Below are positions 46,054 through 59,017 of a stretch of DNA of 64,000 bases, in pieces. The notes below the pieces were generated by a model. It saw nothing but the letters and a program-made list of their open reading frames with translations, was not told the DNA's origin and ran no database searches. Made by a program: the position numbers and the translations under genes. The DNA is from Zootoca vivipara (taxonomy: Eukaryota). The first letter of the stretch is position 1, and every line of letters starts with the position of its first letter. The DNA is taken from the NCBI RefSeq assembly GCF_963506605.1, contig NC_083278.1, positions 67,518,001 to 67,582,000 on the forward strand, in the 5' to 3' direction.

Positions 46054-47740
46054 CTTGACCAACAAAGAGAGCGAGGCGTCAACGCGCGTGCAGCACTGCA
46101 AACCTCACAGCGCAAGGCTTCCTGGGTAACCCCGCCCCTCAAGGCGGCGCTCGTTGGGAGGCTCCTAGCGTCGTCATCGACGAAAGGACATAAGAGATGA
46201 ACCAATCAAAGCGCGGGGCACAAGTTTACTACGGACCTGTCTTTTGAGCTTTGGGTGGTGATTGGACCTTGCGCCGCAAACGAGCGTTTCCTTCCTGTTG
46301 CGTAGCGACAAGTGAGGCGGTTAAATGTGTTCTAGAAAATTCTAGAAAGTGGACGGGATTCGGGGAGGCTTGCTTTAGAATTCCCCAGGTTGAATAAGCA
46401 CCTTTGGAAAAGTCTTATCAGCTCCTTTCCCAACCATTTTGAAGCCACCTTTGCTTGAGACTCCCCGCAGCTTGTCATGTTGTGGGAAGTTAGTGATATT
46501 CCGATGAATTGTGATTTATATTTATTATTATACAGTCCAGAAATTAATCTGATGAATTCATTCCCGCAAGCGCCACCCCCCTCCGCATCCTTTCACAAAC
46601 GACAGAAAAATCAGAGCCGTAGTGCGCAAGCGCACTTTGGATTGACCAAATCAAGCTACAGGGAGTAGTGTTTGGTGTCAAAATGGAAGACGTAAGAAAA
46701 AGCGCCGGACCGCTACTGCTACGTAATAAAGGGCTGCGCCGGATATGGGCGCACTGTTCTCTCTCAGCCTAGATCGACTCTACGGAAAAGATAAAAGAAA
46801 ATGTAGAGGGAAATCACATTGTAGAGGCGAATTCTGGGTTTTCGGTGGAAAAGCCAGTTTTAGCTGTGAAAGGGAGAAGGAGGGGAGGTTTTCTGTGGCT
46901 CCTATACGGAATCCCAGTCCCAAAAAGACGTTCCCACTTTTTAAAACTCAGATCTTATTTCGTGTATTCCCCGCTCCGTTTCTAAGCATTTAAGGCATGC
47001 AAAGTCCAATGCCAATATAGTCCATTCTTGTAGGTTGAGGGAAGTAAGATTGAAATATCGAAGGTTAGAGATGAGTTTATAAGACTGATTTAGATTCCCT
47101 TCCAAATGCTCCGTGCAAAACGCCGCTGAGTATGTAGCAGTGGTAAAACTGCATAAACTGCCCCCCTCCAAACTCCTCTTCCAACCCAAATTCTGCGCCA
47201 GTTGACTGCAGATGTCTTGCATTCCTCTTACATGCTGAAAGTGCTGCGTAGTTGCATGTCCAACAATAGATATAGGGAATATTTTATTTTTGCTGGCAGA
47301 TGATCTCAATTCCAATCCGGGAGAGGGAAGTCTCGTGAATATATCAGTCTCTCATTTCGAAATATACGGTCCCATCTACACTCTCGGAAAGCTATGGGTC
47401 TGTGGACCCAACATCTATCCGTACAACTCAAAGCGCTGTTCGTTTATAGGACCTTTCTATGGAGGAAAGCGGGTGGATTTCCTTGAGTTGACCAATCAGA
47501 AGTAGGGTTACAAACTTGTGGCAGAGCCTTTCCCCCCGCCCCTGGGCGGAAACGGGTTTTCTCTCCTATGGTTTGCATAGAGATAAGGGGTAGAGCTGAA
47601 GCTCCGAGCTTCCCTTTGTAAAAATGGTGCTGCCCTATGCCCTGTAGCGTGTGCTTCTCCCGGCGTGATGGCACTGAGGAGGTGGCGGCCTTTGCAGCTG
47701 AGGATCGTGGCTAGGGCATTCACGGAAGCTGCTCAAGGTG
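45520..47740. promoter_or_regulatory. Divergent TCP1/MRPL18 promoter region (CpG island)
   Basis: Head-to-head ATGs at 46053 (-) and 47668 (+). CCAAT boxes at 46202-46206, 46261-46265 (ATTGG) and 47492-47496. YY1-type AAGATGGCG overlaps the TCP1 ATG. NRF1-like TGCGCAAGCGCA at 46623-46634. Confidence 0.85.
46329..46348. promoter_or_regulatory. Heat-shock element (four alternating nGAAn units)
   Basis: gTTCt aGAAa aTTCt aGAAa is a perfect HSF consensus, about 280 bp upstream of the chaperonin ATG. Confidence 0.85.
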
Positions 47741-50265
47741 CTGAGATTTGGATTTGAGTGTTAATATAGAATTCAGATGGAACCTGGGGAAGGAGCCCAT
47801 TTAAGTGAACGGGAGCATTTTCTAGGAAGCTAACTACTGACTTCGGATGAAATTTCTTTTAATCGTATACTTACTAGGTTTGTGTTCGAGGATCCCATCC
47901 TAAGCATATCTTCTCAGGAGTAAATCTCACGGAGAGTCTGCTAACTTTTAGAACACCTCCTAGGCTGTTCCGGGGAAAACTCAAACACGTCTTACTCTAA
48001 GGATCGATGCCCAACTTCCCATTTGTAGAAACTTAGCATGTAGTTGTTGTGGTACTTGTTCCTTAACAAAGCTGCATGGCTTTTCCTCTCCCCCTTTTCT
48101 TTCAAAGGAGGAGCTACTGTGCAGTAAGCTTCTGCCTGGTTTTACAAATACCGTACCTTTGCTGAGGTCACATAATGCAAAGGTTTTGTTGACCTTGTAT
48201 GCTGGAAATATTTCTGTGCACTGAGTTGTGTTAAACTTAAATGTGCATTTCAATAGTTTTTCTTTATTCATCTGCAGGTATCAGATGTAGTTCTTCTATT
48301 CCCAGTTTCAGACCTTCTGCCAAAGATGAAGTGGATACAAGAGAAAATGAGATTGTTGCCCCTGACTTCGTTAACCGTAATCCACGTAACTTGGAACAGT
48401 TATCTCTAGCACGGAAAGAGCGAGGCTGGGGAACCACATGGCCAAAACAAGAGTATTGGAATAGGTAGGTTATAAAAATGTAAAGCATAGGAGGATTCTA
48501 CAAACATCTGAAGAATATTTTGCTAAGAAACAATATTTTCTTGTTCAAAGCTTGTCTTTTTGTCTCCTGATACGTTTCTTCTAATCTTCAGAGAGCAATT
48601 GTGTTATCATGTTTTCAGGCTCATGCTCAGTGTTCTGAATCTCGGCCCTCTTCACAGTCATTCCTGTGAGCAGAGGATCCAAGTCTTGCTTCATGTATGC
48701 TTTGTTGCAGTGTTTGAGTTTTGATTTGAGACCTGGAGAGAGGAAGAGGTGGTATTGTGTTGAAGTTGGCAGGGGGGAGTTCAGGAATAAAGCATAAGGT
48801 TCTCTACTATAAATAGAATTCTTGAGAAACTTGTCATTGATACTATATCAGAATAATTGTTGAAGTAAAATTATGAAATGATGTTTTTCGTGCCTTGCAA
48901 TTCAGGTTACGACTTGAGCGAACACAGCATCATGTGGAGGCCTATGTTGTGCACTGCAGTGGTCGCATTGTGGTCTCTGCCTCCACTAAAGAGTGGGCCA
49001 TAAAAAAGCACCTTTATAGTACTTCAGATGTCACAGCCTGTGAGAATGTGGGGCGTGTGCTAGCACAACGCTGTCTTGAAGCAGGAATCAACTTTGTGGA
49101 CATTGGAGCTACAATTCCATGGGAAAATCATGGTGAGGCGGTAAGTGGATTATTTTAGCTTCTGTTAACCTAGAAACTCCTCTTACGTTTTAAGCTCTTA
49201 TAACAGCCTTGTTCACAGAGCAATTAATTTCTAGCAATGGAGTGCTAAGCGGTTCAACTGATGACAAGCAATCTCCTTTGGTGTACTGTTTCACAATGTG
49301 AAACATGTTTGTATAGTGTTGCTAAATGTCACTAACACTAAAATTAGCATTGTTCATGAGAGAAGGGAAAGATCTCTTGGAAGGGTTGGGACAATCAATG
49401 GGAAAGAATAATATATTTCAGAAAGATCTTAATTTCACATATATGCTAAGGGGGTCTGAACTGGGGGTGGTTGACAATGAAGCAGATGTTGGCGTCATAG
49501 GAGATAGCTCAATGAAAATGTCAACTCGGTATGTGGCAGGTGTGAAAAAGGCAAATTTCATGCCAGCAATCCTTAGGAAAGAAAACGAAACAGCAAAATC
49601 ATAATGCTGTTCTTCAAATCTCTGGTGCAACTGCAGTTACAGTACTGTGTAAAGTTCTTGTTGCTCCACCTCAAAAAGGATATTATAGAGCTGCCAAAGG
49701 ATAGGAAAATGACAGCTTCCCTATGATGAAAGGTTACAGCTTTGTGGGGGGGAGGTGTTGTGCGGCGGGGGACAAGGTTATAAAGAAAAGTAAGGGGATA
49801 CATGATTATGCATGGGACGGAGAAAGCAGTTAGAGAGGTCTTTTCCATCTCTCATTGTATTAGAACTTGGGGCCATCCAATCAATTTTGGAAGATTCAGG
49901 GCAGTGAAGAGGAAGTACTTCACACAGCGAATACTGAAACTATGGCATTTGCCACCACGGGATGTAGTAATAGGCACCAGCTTGGATGGTTTTCAGAGCA
50001 GAATGGGGAGTTAGGCATATTCATAGCAGACAATGCTTTCAACAGGTATTAGCCATGATGCCCTCAGGGGCATCTGGTTGGTCACTTTGATCTATCCAGC
50101 AGGATCTAAGAATTGCAACATTCTGTATGTTGAATATAATAACACAAATTATATACTAAAGGTTGTCTTTTCTCTCTTTTTTTTTAAAAAAAGGTCCAGA
50201 GATTCCAAAATGCTATGACAGAGGGCGGTGTTGTACTGGAAGAACTGCGAAGAATTTATGAATAA
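47668..50265 (+). CDS. MRPL18: Mitochondrial ribosomal protein uL18m, 4 exons, 187 aa
   Basis: join(47668-47737,48278-48464,48906-49140,50194-50265) = 564 nt. Arg-rich presequence [12 protein letters not shown]; motifs [38 protein letters not shown]; ends RRIYE*. AATAAA at 50386-50391. The exon 1 donor (GTGCTG) is the least certain boundary. Confidence 0.95.
49420..50100 (+). mobile_element. Degenerate CR1 LINE fragment in MRPL18 intron 3
   Basis: Remnant CR1-like 3' motifs (TACTGTGTAAAGTTCTTG, CTTCACACAGCGAATACTGAAACTATGG). No intact ORF. Confidence 0.55.
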
Positions 50266-50556
50266 GTTGAAAATTCATAAGAAGATGCTGAGAAATACTT
50301 TAGAAAAACCTGCAATTCTGTATTTTTAGGGGAAACAAACACATTTTCTTCCCATGTTAGAATGCTATTGAAACATTTTATGTTAAATAAAAATCTAATG
50401 AAATGATGTTGGTGGCAATTGTTGGTGATTTTTTAAAATATATATATTCATACAAATTGGGCTGCATCTGAAAAATCTTAGAAATAATATCAGAGCTGCC
50501 GTTTACAGCTTCTTGGTCCTGATCTATGAAACTGAAGCTCTACCCCCATATAAAAA

Positions 50557-51193
50557 CTTGTTGTTGTTTAGTCGTGTCCGACTCTTCGTGACCCCATGGA
50601 CCAGAGCACGCCAGGCACTCCTGTCTTCCATTGCCTCCCGCAGTTTGGTCAGACTCATGTTCGTAGCTTCAGAAACACTGTCCAACCATCTCATCCTCTG
50701 TCGTTCCCTTCTCCTAGTGCCCTCAATCTTTCCCAATATCGAGGTCTTTTCCAGGGAGTCTTCTCATGAGGTGGCCAAAGTATTGGAGCCTCAGCTTCAC
50801 GATCTGTCCTTCCAGTGAGCACTCGGGGCTGATTTCCTTCAGAATGGATAGGTTTGATCTTCTTGCAGTCCATGGGATTCTCAAGAGTCTCCTCCAGCAC
50901 CATAATTCAAAAGCATCAATTCTTTGGTGATCAGCCTTTATGGTCCAGCTCTCACTTCCATACATCACTACTGGGAAAACCATAGCTTTTTCATGGATCA
51001 CTGCCTTGTTGTGGCGAAGGGGCTTGAACAACTCAGAGAAGCTATGAGCTATGACATGCAGGGACACCCAAGATGGACAGGTCATAGTGGAGAGTTTTGA
51101 CTAAACGTGGTCCACCTGGAGAAGGAACTGGCAAGCCACTCCAGTATCCCTGCCAAGAAAACTCAATGGACAAAGACAACAGGCATATAAAAA
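50557..51193 (-). mobile_element. RTE-BovB insertion with an inverted 5' segment
   Basis: 50557-~50990 is the BovB 3' end on the minus strand. ~50991-51193 resembles the BovB 5' region on the plus strand. 17-bp TSD CTACCCCCATATAAAAA at 50540-50556 and 51194-51210. Confidence 0.85.
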
Positions 51194-51295
51194 CTACCCC
51201 CATATAAAAAGAATCAGAGAGAGATTAAACAGAACAGAAATTAATTAGCTTGTGGTAACAGTGAAAAAAGCTATTGTTTGCTACTACTGCATGTA

Positions 51296-51647
51296 TAGGA
51301 CACGGGTAGCGCTGTGGGTTAAACCACAGAGCCTAGGGCTTGCCAATCAGAAGGTCGCTGGTTCGAATCCCCACGATGGGGTGAGCTCCCATTGCTCAGT
51401 CCCAGCTCCTGCCTACCTAGCAGTTCGAGAGCATGTCAAAGTGCAAGTAGATAAATAGGTACCGCTCCGTCGGGAAGGTAAACGGCGTTTTCGTGCGCTG
51501 CTCTGGTTCGCCAGAAACGGCTTAGTCATTCTGGCCACATGACCTGGAAGCTGTACGCTGGCTCCCTCGGCCAATAACACAAGATACGCGTCACAACCCC
51601 AGAGTCGGTCACGACTGGACCTAATGGTCAGGGGTCCCTTTACCTTT
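51296..51647 (+). mobile_element. Full-length Sauria SINE
   Basis: tRNA-like head with A box and B box GGTTCGAATCC, BovB-like tail ending CCCTTTACCTTT. TSD TACTGCATGTA at 51285-51295 and 51648-51658. Confidence 0.9.
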
Positions 51648-51759
51648 TACTGCATGTACAGTTTAGTAGTCTGCAGCTATTCTTGCCACAAAACTATTCA
51701 GCAAGATGAACAGCCTGGCCAATCTGGATTGTTTCAGCACAGGAATAGTTCTGTTCAAG

Positions 51760-52000
51760 TAGTGCAAGTAGATAAAAAGTACCCCTGCAGTGGGAAGGTA
51801 AACGGTGTTTCCATGCGCTCTGGCACTCGTCACAGTGTCCCATTGTGGCAGAAGTTGTTAATCATGCTGGCCACATGACGCAAAAAGTTGTGTGCTGACA
51901 AACGCTGGCTTCCTCGGCCTGAAGCGAGATGCGCGCTGTACCTCCTAGTCTAGTTTGACTGGACTTAACTACTAAAGGTAAAGGACCCCTGGACAGTTAT
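51760..52000 (+). mobile_element. Older Sauria SINE fragment(s)
   Basis: AGTGCAAGTAGATAAA...GGGAAGGTAAACGG...TGGCCACATGAC...GACTGGACTTAAC is similar to the adjacent copy. Confidence 0.7.
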
Positions 52001-52789
52001 GTTGTGTTTGTTGTGATAAGCTTTATACCCACTTTGACAAGAAAATCTCACGGGTGCAACTTGTCTCTGGGACTACAGTTTAAATATAGAATGAGGGCCT
52101 GTGACAGCAGCGGTTCAGATTTGCCCTATTCATTTGCACTGGTTTCAGTCACCCCACTGGCGGAGGAAGAGGAGTGTGGGGGGAGGAGCGCAAAGGCCCT
52201 GCAGGCAGTGTGCCATGGCCCCAGGACACACACCAGCCCCACCCCTGTCTGCTCTCCCCCCCCCATGCCAGAGCATGAAGCTCCGCTACTGAGTCGCCCT
52301 ACTGTGACAATAGCTTCTGTACCACAATCAAGTAGGCCCCATGGTCACCCTTACAGCTGAAAGTCAATTGGGAGAAGTTAGGCTAACAATAGGATTATAG
52401 TTGATCTCATTTGCATTTAAACATGCCATTTGCACTAAAGAGACTTGCTGTCCATTACTGCCAAGGATGACTTCCTGTACATTTAGCCACCGTGTGACAC
52501 AAATAAGTCAAATGCCATTTCCCATATCAAGAGGTATGAGGGAAAGCTTCAGTTGCTTGTTTTTCCAGCTGACTACGCCGGTGTTAAAAGTCACTCCAGC
52601 CCTATTTGGGAAGAAAGCGGGTGTTCGAGGAGAAAAGGGGTTTTGTGGGAAATGATGGGTGAGGCAACCCATGGATTTTTGTTGGGAGGGGCAGTTTTTT
52701 TAAGGAGAGGAAGAAAGGAAACCTAAGTGCTACTGCACCAGTGGAACCTTGCTAGTGCAACATTAGATACAGCCCAATATCTTTTATAG

Positions 52790-53130
52790 GAGCGTCTCCA
52801 CCCCTATCTTTCAGTCTGGACACTGAAGTCCTCCTCCGAGGGCCTTCTGGCAGTTCCCTCACTGCGAGAAGTGAAGTTACACACAACTAGGCAGAGGGCC
52901 TTCTTGGTAGTGGCACTCTCCCTGTGAAATGCCCTCCTATCAAATGTCAAGGAAATAAACAACTATCTGACTTTTAGAAGACATCTGCAGGCAGCCCTGT
53001 TCAGGGAAGTTTTTATTGTTTGATGCTTTATTGTATTTTTAGTATTTTGTTGGAAGCCGACCAGAGTGGCTGGGGAAACCCAGCCAGATGGGCAGGATAT
53101 AAATTATTATTAATAATAATCATTATTCTT
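52790..53130 (+). mobile_element. LINE (L2-like) 3' end
   Basis: Colinear with 41350-41680. Confidence 0.7.
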
Positions 53131-53526
53131 ATTATAAAAAATAGCAGGTGGGCATCAGGTTGAGGAAGGCTGTTATTATTATTTCCTGTGGGTGCCCCTG
53201 TTTAAAATATAGCCTAGCCAATTTTCTCACTGCAGATGGTGTCTGCTATTGTGAAGTAAATTGTTGCATGGACAACTATAAAAACAGAGAATAGTCACAA
53301 CACCAGCACAATTTTGCGGCTGCCTATATAGCCCTACTGCATGGAAATATTTGATACCAAATGTTGGAAAACAATGAAATAGACATAATTATCTTAGCCT
53401 AAGATTATCAGGTGTTGACGAGATAAACAACTACTCAACTTTTAGAAGATATCAGAAGGCAGCCGTTTAGGGAAGTTTTCAATGTTTGATGTTTTACTAT
53501 GCTTATGTTTTATATGTGCTGTAAGC

Positions 53527-53725
53527 CAGTGTTTTTCAACCTTTTTTTGGGCAAAGGCACACTTGTTTCATGAAAAAAATCACGAGGCACACACCATTAG
53601 AAAATGTTTAAAAAATTAACTCTGTGCCTATATTGACTATATATAAATCGAATTTTTCCCACGGCACACCAGGCAACATCTCGCAGCACACTAGTGTGCC
53701 GCGGAACAGTGGTTGAAAAACACTG
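53527..53725. mobile_element. hAT MITE nested in a LINE 3' tail upstream of PNLDC1
   Basis: TIRs CAGTGTTTTTCAACC / GGTTGAAAAACACTG. Perfect TSD CTGTAAGC splits the ...CTGTAAGCCGCCCAGAGTGGCTGGGG LINE tail. Confidence 0.85.
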
Positions 53726-53762
53726 CTGTAAGCCGCCCAGAGTGGCTGGGGATAATAATACA

Positions 53763-53764
<2 letters not shown>

Positions 53765-53797
<33 letters not shown>
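53765..53797. repeat. (AAT)n microsatellite
   Basis: Directly visible. Confidence 0.9.
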
Positions 53798-53798
<1 letters not shown>

Positions 53799-53839
53799 GG
53801 TTGTTGAGCCTTTTGGGGGAAATCACGGGTAAAAACACC

Positions 53840-54350
53840 CCCAATGCGAGGAGCAAGCCTTCGTGGGGGGGAGGGGTTAGGCATCTGGCATAGTTTATGT
53901 GGATCTGAGGAGGGGGCAGCCCATGAGTCGACCGCCTTTAAAAGCTCAAGGGAGGCAGAAGCAAAGGCTCGTATCCGCTTAGCCTCGGCAATTCACGCCG
54001 CTCCTCGTTGTTTCCAGGCGGTGGGCGTGGCTTCCTCCCGGCTCTTCTTGTGGGGCGGGAATAGTCGCGATCCGCGTGTGTGCCTGGAAGCGGGATGGAT
54101 GTGGGAGCCGGGGAGTTTGAGGAGAAGTTGCCGGAGCTGCAGGAGCTCATCCTCCGCTGCGACTTTGTCGGTGAGGGAGATGCTGCTGGTGGTGGTGGGA
54201 AGCTATCCCCGCGAAGTCGGGGTGGGCATCTCCCAGTGGCCCTCGGCTGGCGTTGGGCTTAGTTGATCGAGCTGTGGTAACGGGGAGGAGGAGGAGAAGG
54301 AAGGGGTCCCCTGGGCAGATCTGCCCCAGTCCAAGCCGCGACGTGCTTGC
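53840..54350 (+). promoter_or_regulatory. PNLDC1 CpG-rich promoter
   Basis: Local CpG island with GC boxes (GGGCGTGG near 54023, GGGGCGGG near 54052) around exon 1. Confidence 0.7.
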
Positions 54351-57300
54351 ATGGAAGCAAACCCCACTGAACTCAATGGGAACCCGCCCACCCTCTCCAG
54401 GATTAGTGTCTTTAAACTAATATAACGGCAATCGTTGCAAGCATAGTGGGAATTTTAGTTCTGGAAGGAGAGCCAGTGGATCCCTCAGCAGAATGTTCAC
54501 TGCTGCTTGTGCAATGTTAAGTCCCCAGAATTCATTGGGGAAGGGGAAAGCAAGGTCAGTGTGTGCAGATCTCTTCAACGCTGCCGGCTGCTTCAGAGTA
54601 GCAGGAGTGGCTGGGGTGAGCTCCCAACTGTTATTGAAAGAGAGTTGAGAGGATAGGTGGCTTTAAAAACAAATTAGCAAACCTGCTCCAAGATCCCAAG
54701 GGAGGTGGATCGCTCTGATCATTATGAATCTGGCAACTTTGGAGGCACCCTGGCACCTCAGTCAGTCACTTCTCTTTCAGCTGCATGGGGTCATCTTGTT
54801 CGGAGTGTAAAATCTTTTATTTTTCTTAGTATTGAGGAGCTGAGGAGGTGCTGATTCCCTCCCTGCTCTGGTCAAAATAACAAAACAAACACACATCAAT
54901 ATTTATGTACGGCTTAATCAAAAAGGTCTCAAAGCGGTTTACGTACATGAAAGGAAAACAGAATACTGTACCTAATAAAATCAAACTTAAAAAACAACAA
55001 TAAGTAGATGTACTGAAATTTATCAAAATATGATTAAATCAACAGTTAAAAAACAAATATACATAATAAAACCACACAAATGCACATAATAAAATTGCAT
55101 GTCTGGATAGGATTTCCTAAGCAAAACGCTTTAGTAGGGATCACAAACAGTACAAAAATGGCACCTACATAGATTAAAGTGCAGGGAATGCAGAGTGTAG
55201 GTTTGGCTACTTTAAAAGAGCAACCCCTATTTTAAAGAGGTCTTATGTGGTGTTTGTTAAAAGTCCCAGTTCTGCAGGTTGAAGAGGTTGGAATAAGGTG
55301 ATCCTTCAAGTACTGTAAACAGTTCTCAAGTTGCTGAGGGCTTTATATGTTAATAGTAACACCTTGAATTGGACCATGTAACAAATCAGCAGCTAGTGTA
55401 GAGCTTTGAGGAGAGCTATAATATACTGACAAAATCTCACTCTTGTTGGCAATCACAATGTAGAATTTTGCATTTACTGCAGTTTCTGAAGCAAGCACAA
55501 GGGAAGCCCCACATACCGGTAAAGTGCATTGCAGTCTTGAAAGGACCAGTAGCTTGTCCACAATAGTTCAGGTATCTGATTCCAGGACTGGCAGGAGTTT
55601 TTGTACCAGCCAAAGCTGATAAAAGGTGCTGTTGGCTACCTGGACTTCCGGGAACAAAACTGGGTCAGGAAAAGTGAGTATTTGCAGCTGGTCATTAGTG
55701 TTGTGCCATGACTAACAATCAAGGTAAAACTAAATTCCAAAAGATTTATTGTTAAAAAAAAGTTACAGTTCTGATGAAACTTCTTAAAATCAACCAAACA
55801 TAGTGGACTGGTGTCTTGTCCAAAGGATTTGAGAGCATTGATGGAACCAGCAGAATATAAAATTACAAAAATGCTCACATTCTATTTACTAGTAGCAGGG
55901 AAGGCAAATGGTTTAGTTTGGTGCCCTTTGCTGTGTTCAATTTGTCCTTTGTATTTTGCAGGCATTGACATGGAGTTCACAGGTTTGCATTCTACCTTTC
56001 CACCCAGTAATCAGCACAGGTAAGTTTGTCTAACCATACATATTTTCAGATGATTTGTTCAGGAGTACTATAAAGGTGCATACACAACATGGAAGTATTT
56101 TATGGTTTTTTTCCTCCCCTCCCAGCCTCTTTGATTCACCGGCTGAGCGCTATCAAAAAGCCAGAAAGAGCGTCCAGCAATTTACAGTGAGTCAGCTTGG
56201 TGAGTTCTTTTTGAGTTGCTAAACTCAAATGTAAATCCTGTACATGTAGTATGAGTGAGAGACTGAGGGACATTCAGGATTTGGGTGGGAATGCTTGTGG
56301 TTGCCTTGTTTTGGGTTTTAGTGGGAGATTGAAATGGTCTTAAGTCCAGATTACCTCTTCTCCCTCCTTGAGCAAGGCATGAAGCTGTTTCCAAAGGGCT
56401 TTTAAACAGACCAGCGCTGCACTTTGAAGTCATGATAATTGGGGCTGCAAAGCACAGCATCAATTGATGTTACCATGAAGTCATTCGACTGACAGGCAGA
56501 CAGCTCTGCCAAGTGGGGCCCACCAAGGGGTGAAGAGATAATGATGTGGCCTGTTGGCCAGAAAAAGTTTCCCCATCTCTGTTTTAGAGGAATACTCAGT
56601 TTCCTGCATTGTTTGTTCAGTGTTACTGAAGCAGAGGTGTCTCTTTCTCTAGGTATTTTGGGGGATTGTGGCTCTTCTAGGAATCAGTCAATGACTAGAT
56701 AGGTGGTATCCTTACTAATAGGTAAATGGTTCTATCATAGCTTTAGCCAAGGAATAGAGAGGAACACACATTTGTGATCAAAATGGCACTGTGTGCCAGG
56801 TGCCTGTTTTGTGTGATAACATTTTACATTTTTCTTTCAGGTTTGTCAATATTTTCCAATGAAAAATCCAAGTACGTATAGTGTTTTCTTGTCAATGGTT
56901 ATATTTACCTGGTGATCACGGGATAAAAATGCTGCCTTTCAGCCCTTCCCCGGCAGAAATCTTGTTACTCATTCTGCTTTCTTTGCAGGTATGTGGTTCA
57001 TTCCTATAACTTTTTTCTCCTTCCCATGACATTTGGCCAAATGGATTCTGAGGTCTGTTTCCAAACATCTAGCATTCAGTTCTTGTCTCACTATGGTTTT
57101 GACTACAACAAGGTATGTTTTCTGTTACAAATAGACTAGGCAAACAAAATGTGGATTTTTTTTTTTTACTTGTTTTGCCATTTAAGTACTGTTACGTCTA
57201 CTTGCACAACAGGGTTTCCCTCTTCTCCCCACATGCACCTCCCATGCCTCCTGAAATTGGGTCAGTCTGAGTGGGTTGGAACACCCCCCAAACAGCATGT

Positions 57301-58972
57301 GTGGGAGGAGGGAGGGGTCATTCCATCTGGCAACTGGAGCTTTGTTGCGCTTGAAAATTTTAAAGCACTTGAGTTTTTAAATTAATACTGGAGTTCAGCC
57401 ACTTACAGGATTGGTGTGGTCAAATGAGCAGAGGTGATAGTTCTGGCATCCATATTCCTTAACACAGAAACTTTCTGAGGTGTAACTTTTATCCTCCTTC
57501 CTCTCCCACTCCCAAGTTTCTTAAAGATGGAATCCCATACATGAATGAAGCACAAGAGAAGAAACTTCAGCAACAACTTTTGCCCGGGAGCTGGATGGTC
57601 CACAGGTAAAACTGATCTTTCTGTGAGGTCTGCGGAGTGTTCTGGTAAGTCCAGGTTCAAACTGGCTCACAAGTTTCATACAGCTGCCTTGCTCTTCTAT
57701 CTCCAGTGCCTTTGAAAAGAACAAGCTGAAAAAAGTGATTGATGAAGTAACTTGCTGGGTGTCATCAGCAGAAGTGAAAGATTCTATGGTACTGCGCGAT
57801 ATATATGGTAGGGGGCCTAAGCTTAGGCGCTTTTGATTTTGTGTCCCACAGCCCTTGACCAAATTTGTTACTTGCTCCTTGCCCCACACCTTGAATTTTT
57901 GTATCTTTTCCTCTCACCCATTGGAGAAATAGAACCTTGTTTTGTTATCACTGTACCTGTTATTTGTGAGTCTGGACGTAAGGCTATGTACCATTTTTTA
58001 AAATTCTGTGGTGGTGGGGAAGCACTACTGTAAGACCTGGCACCTTCGCTGATGAGAATTTTGGGGGGATGCAGCTTCAATCAATCAATCAAGTATACCA
58101 CACTTAACAGAAAATGGATATGAAAATAAATTGGACTTGATAGTATCCCTTGCAAGGGTGGTATCCTTTCCCTCCATGCCCCCAACTCTCCTGAAAATGA
58201 TATTCAGTATATACTACTCTCAACATGTTCCAGAAAAACATGGGATTCTAGGAGAACCACTGCAAGATGCAGGTGATGTGACTGCATACATCAGAGAACA
58301 CCCAAAACCTTCCTTGCTTGCCATAGAAAACTAGCCTTGAGATGGAAGTTTAAGCAGGATTAGAACACTGCTCTCTGGAATGCTCTCTTTCAACAGGTAG
58401 GGAGAGTTTAAAACATATGCGTTGAGAGTGGAATCTCACAATTCATACTCTCCCTGCAATCTGCATTTTGAAATAGTACAGTGGTGAATTGAGAGATAAA
58501 AGCAGCCCGAATGCCTGATCCTGTGTGTGAGTGTGTCTTGCTGCTTGTAACAACTTAATTGGATATAGACTTGGACAGTAGTGAAATCAGTGCAGGGAAC
58601 TGCTTCTTAAATGCAATCTTAAAATGCTGTACCATTTTTCTAATTCAGTCGTCTGAGTGTTTGTGAAGGACAATGAAGCTATATCATGCTGTTCATGTTT
58701 TTGCTTCTTCTCATAGGCTTCCAGGTGTTTGAAATACAGCTGATTCTAAGACGAGCTATTCAAGATATTTGGACGATTCCTTTAGAAGGTCAAGAAGTGA
58801 GTTTCATATTGTCGTGTTTAAAATGGAACTGATGCATTCATGGCATCCAAGTCCCAGGAATACAGACATCTTTTCTCTACCATTGTGCAGGTTCCCATAT
58901 ATAGATCTTTGAGAATTCTTCTAAACTTTTGGCAGGAGTGTGTAAAAACAATTTGGCTAGTATTTTTCCTGA

Positions 58973-59017
<45 letters not shown>

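Noticed and set aside
56704-58170. GTATCCTT motifs in PNLDC1 introns as U12 donors
   Set aside because: Not at exon boundaries of the reconstructed reading frame, and no matching U12 branch points seen.
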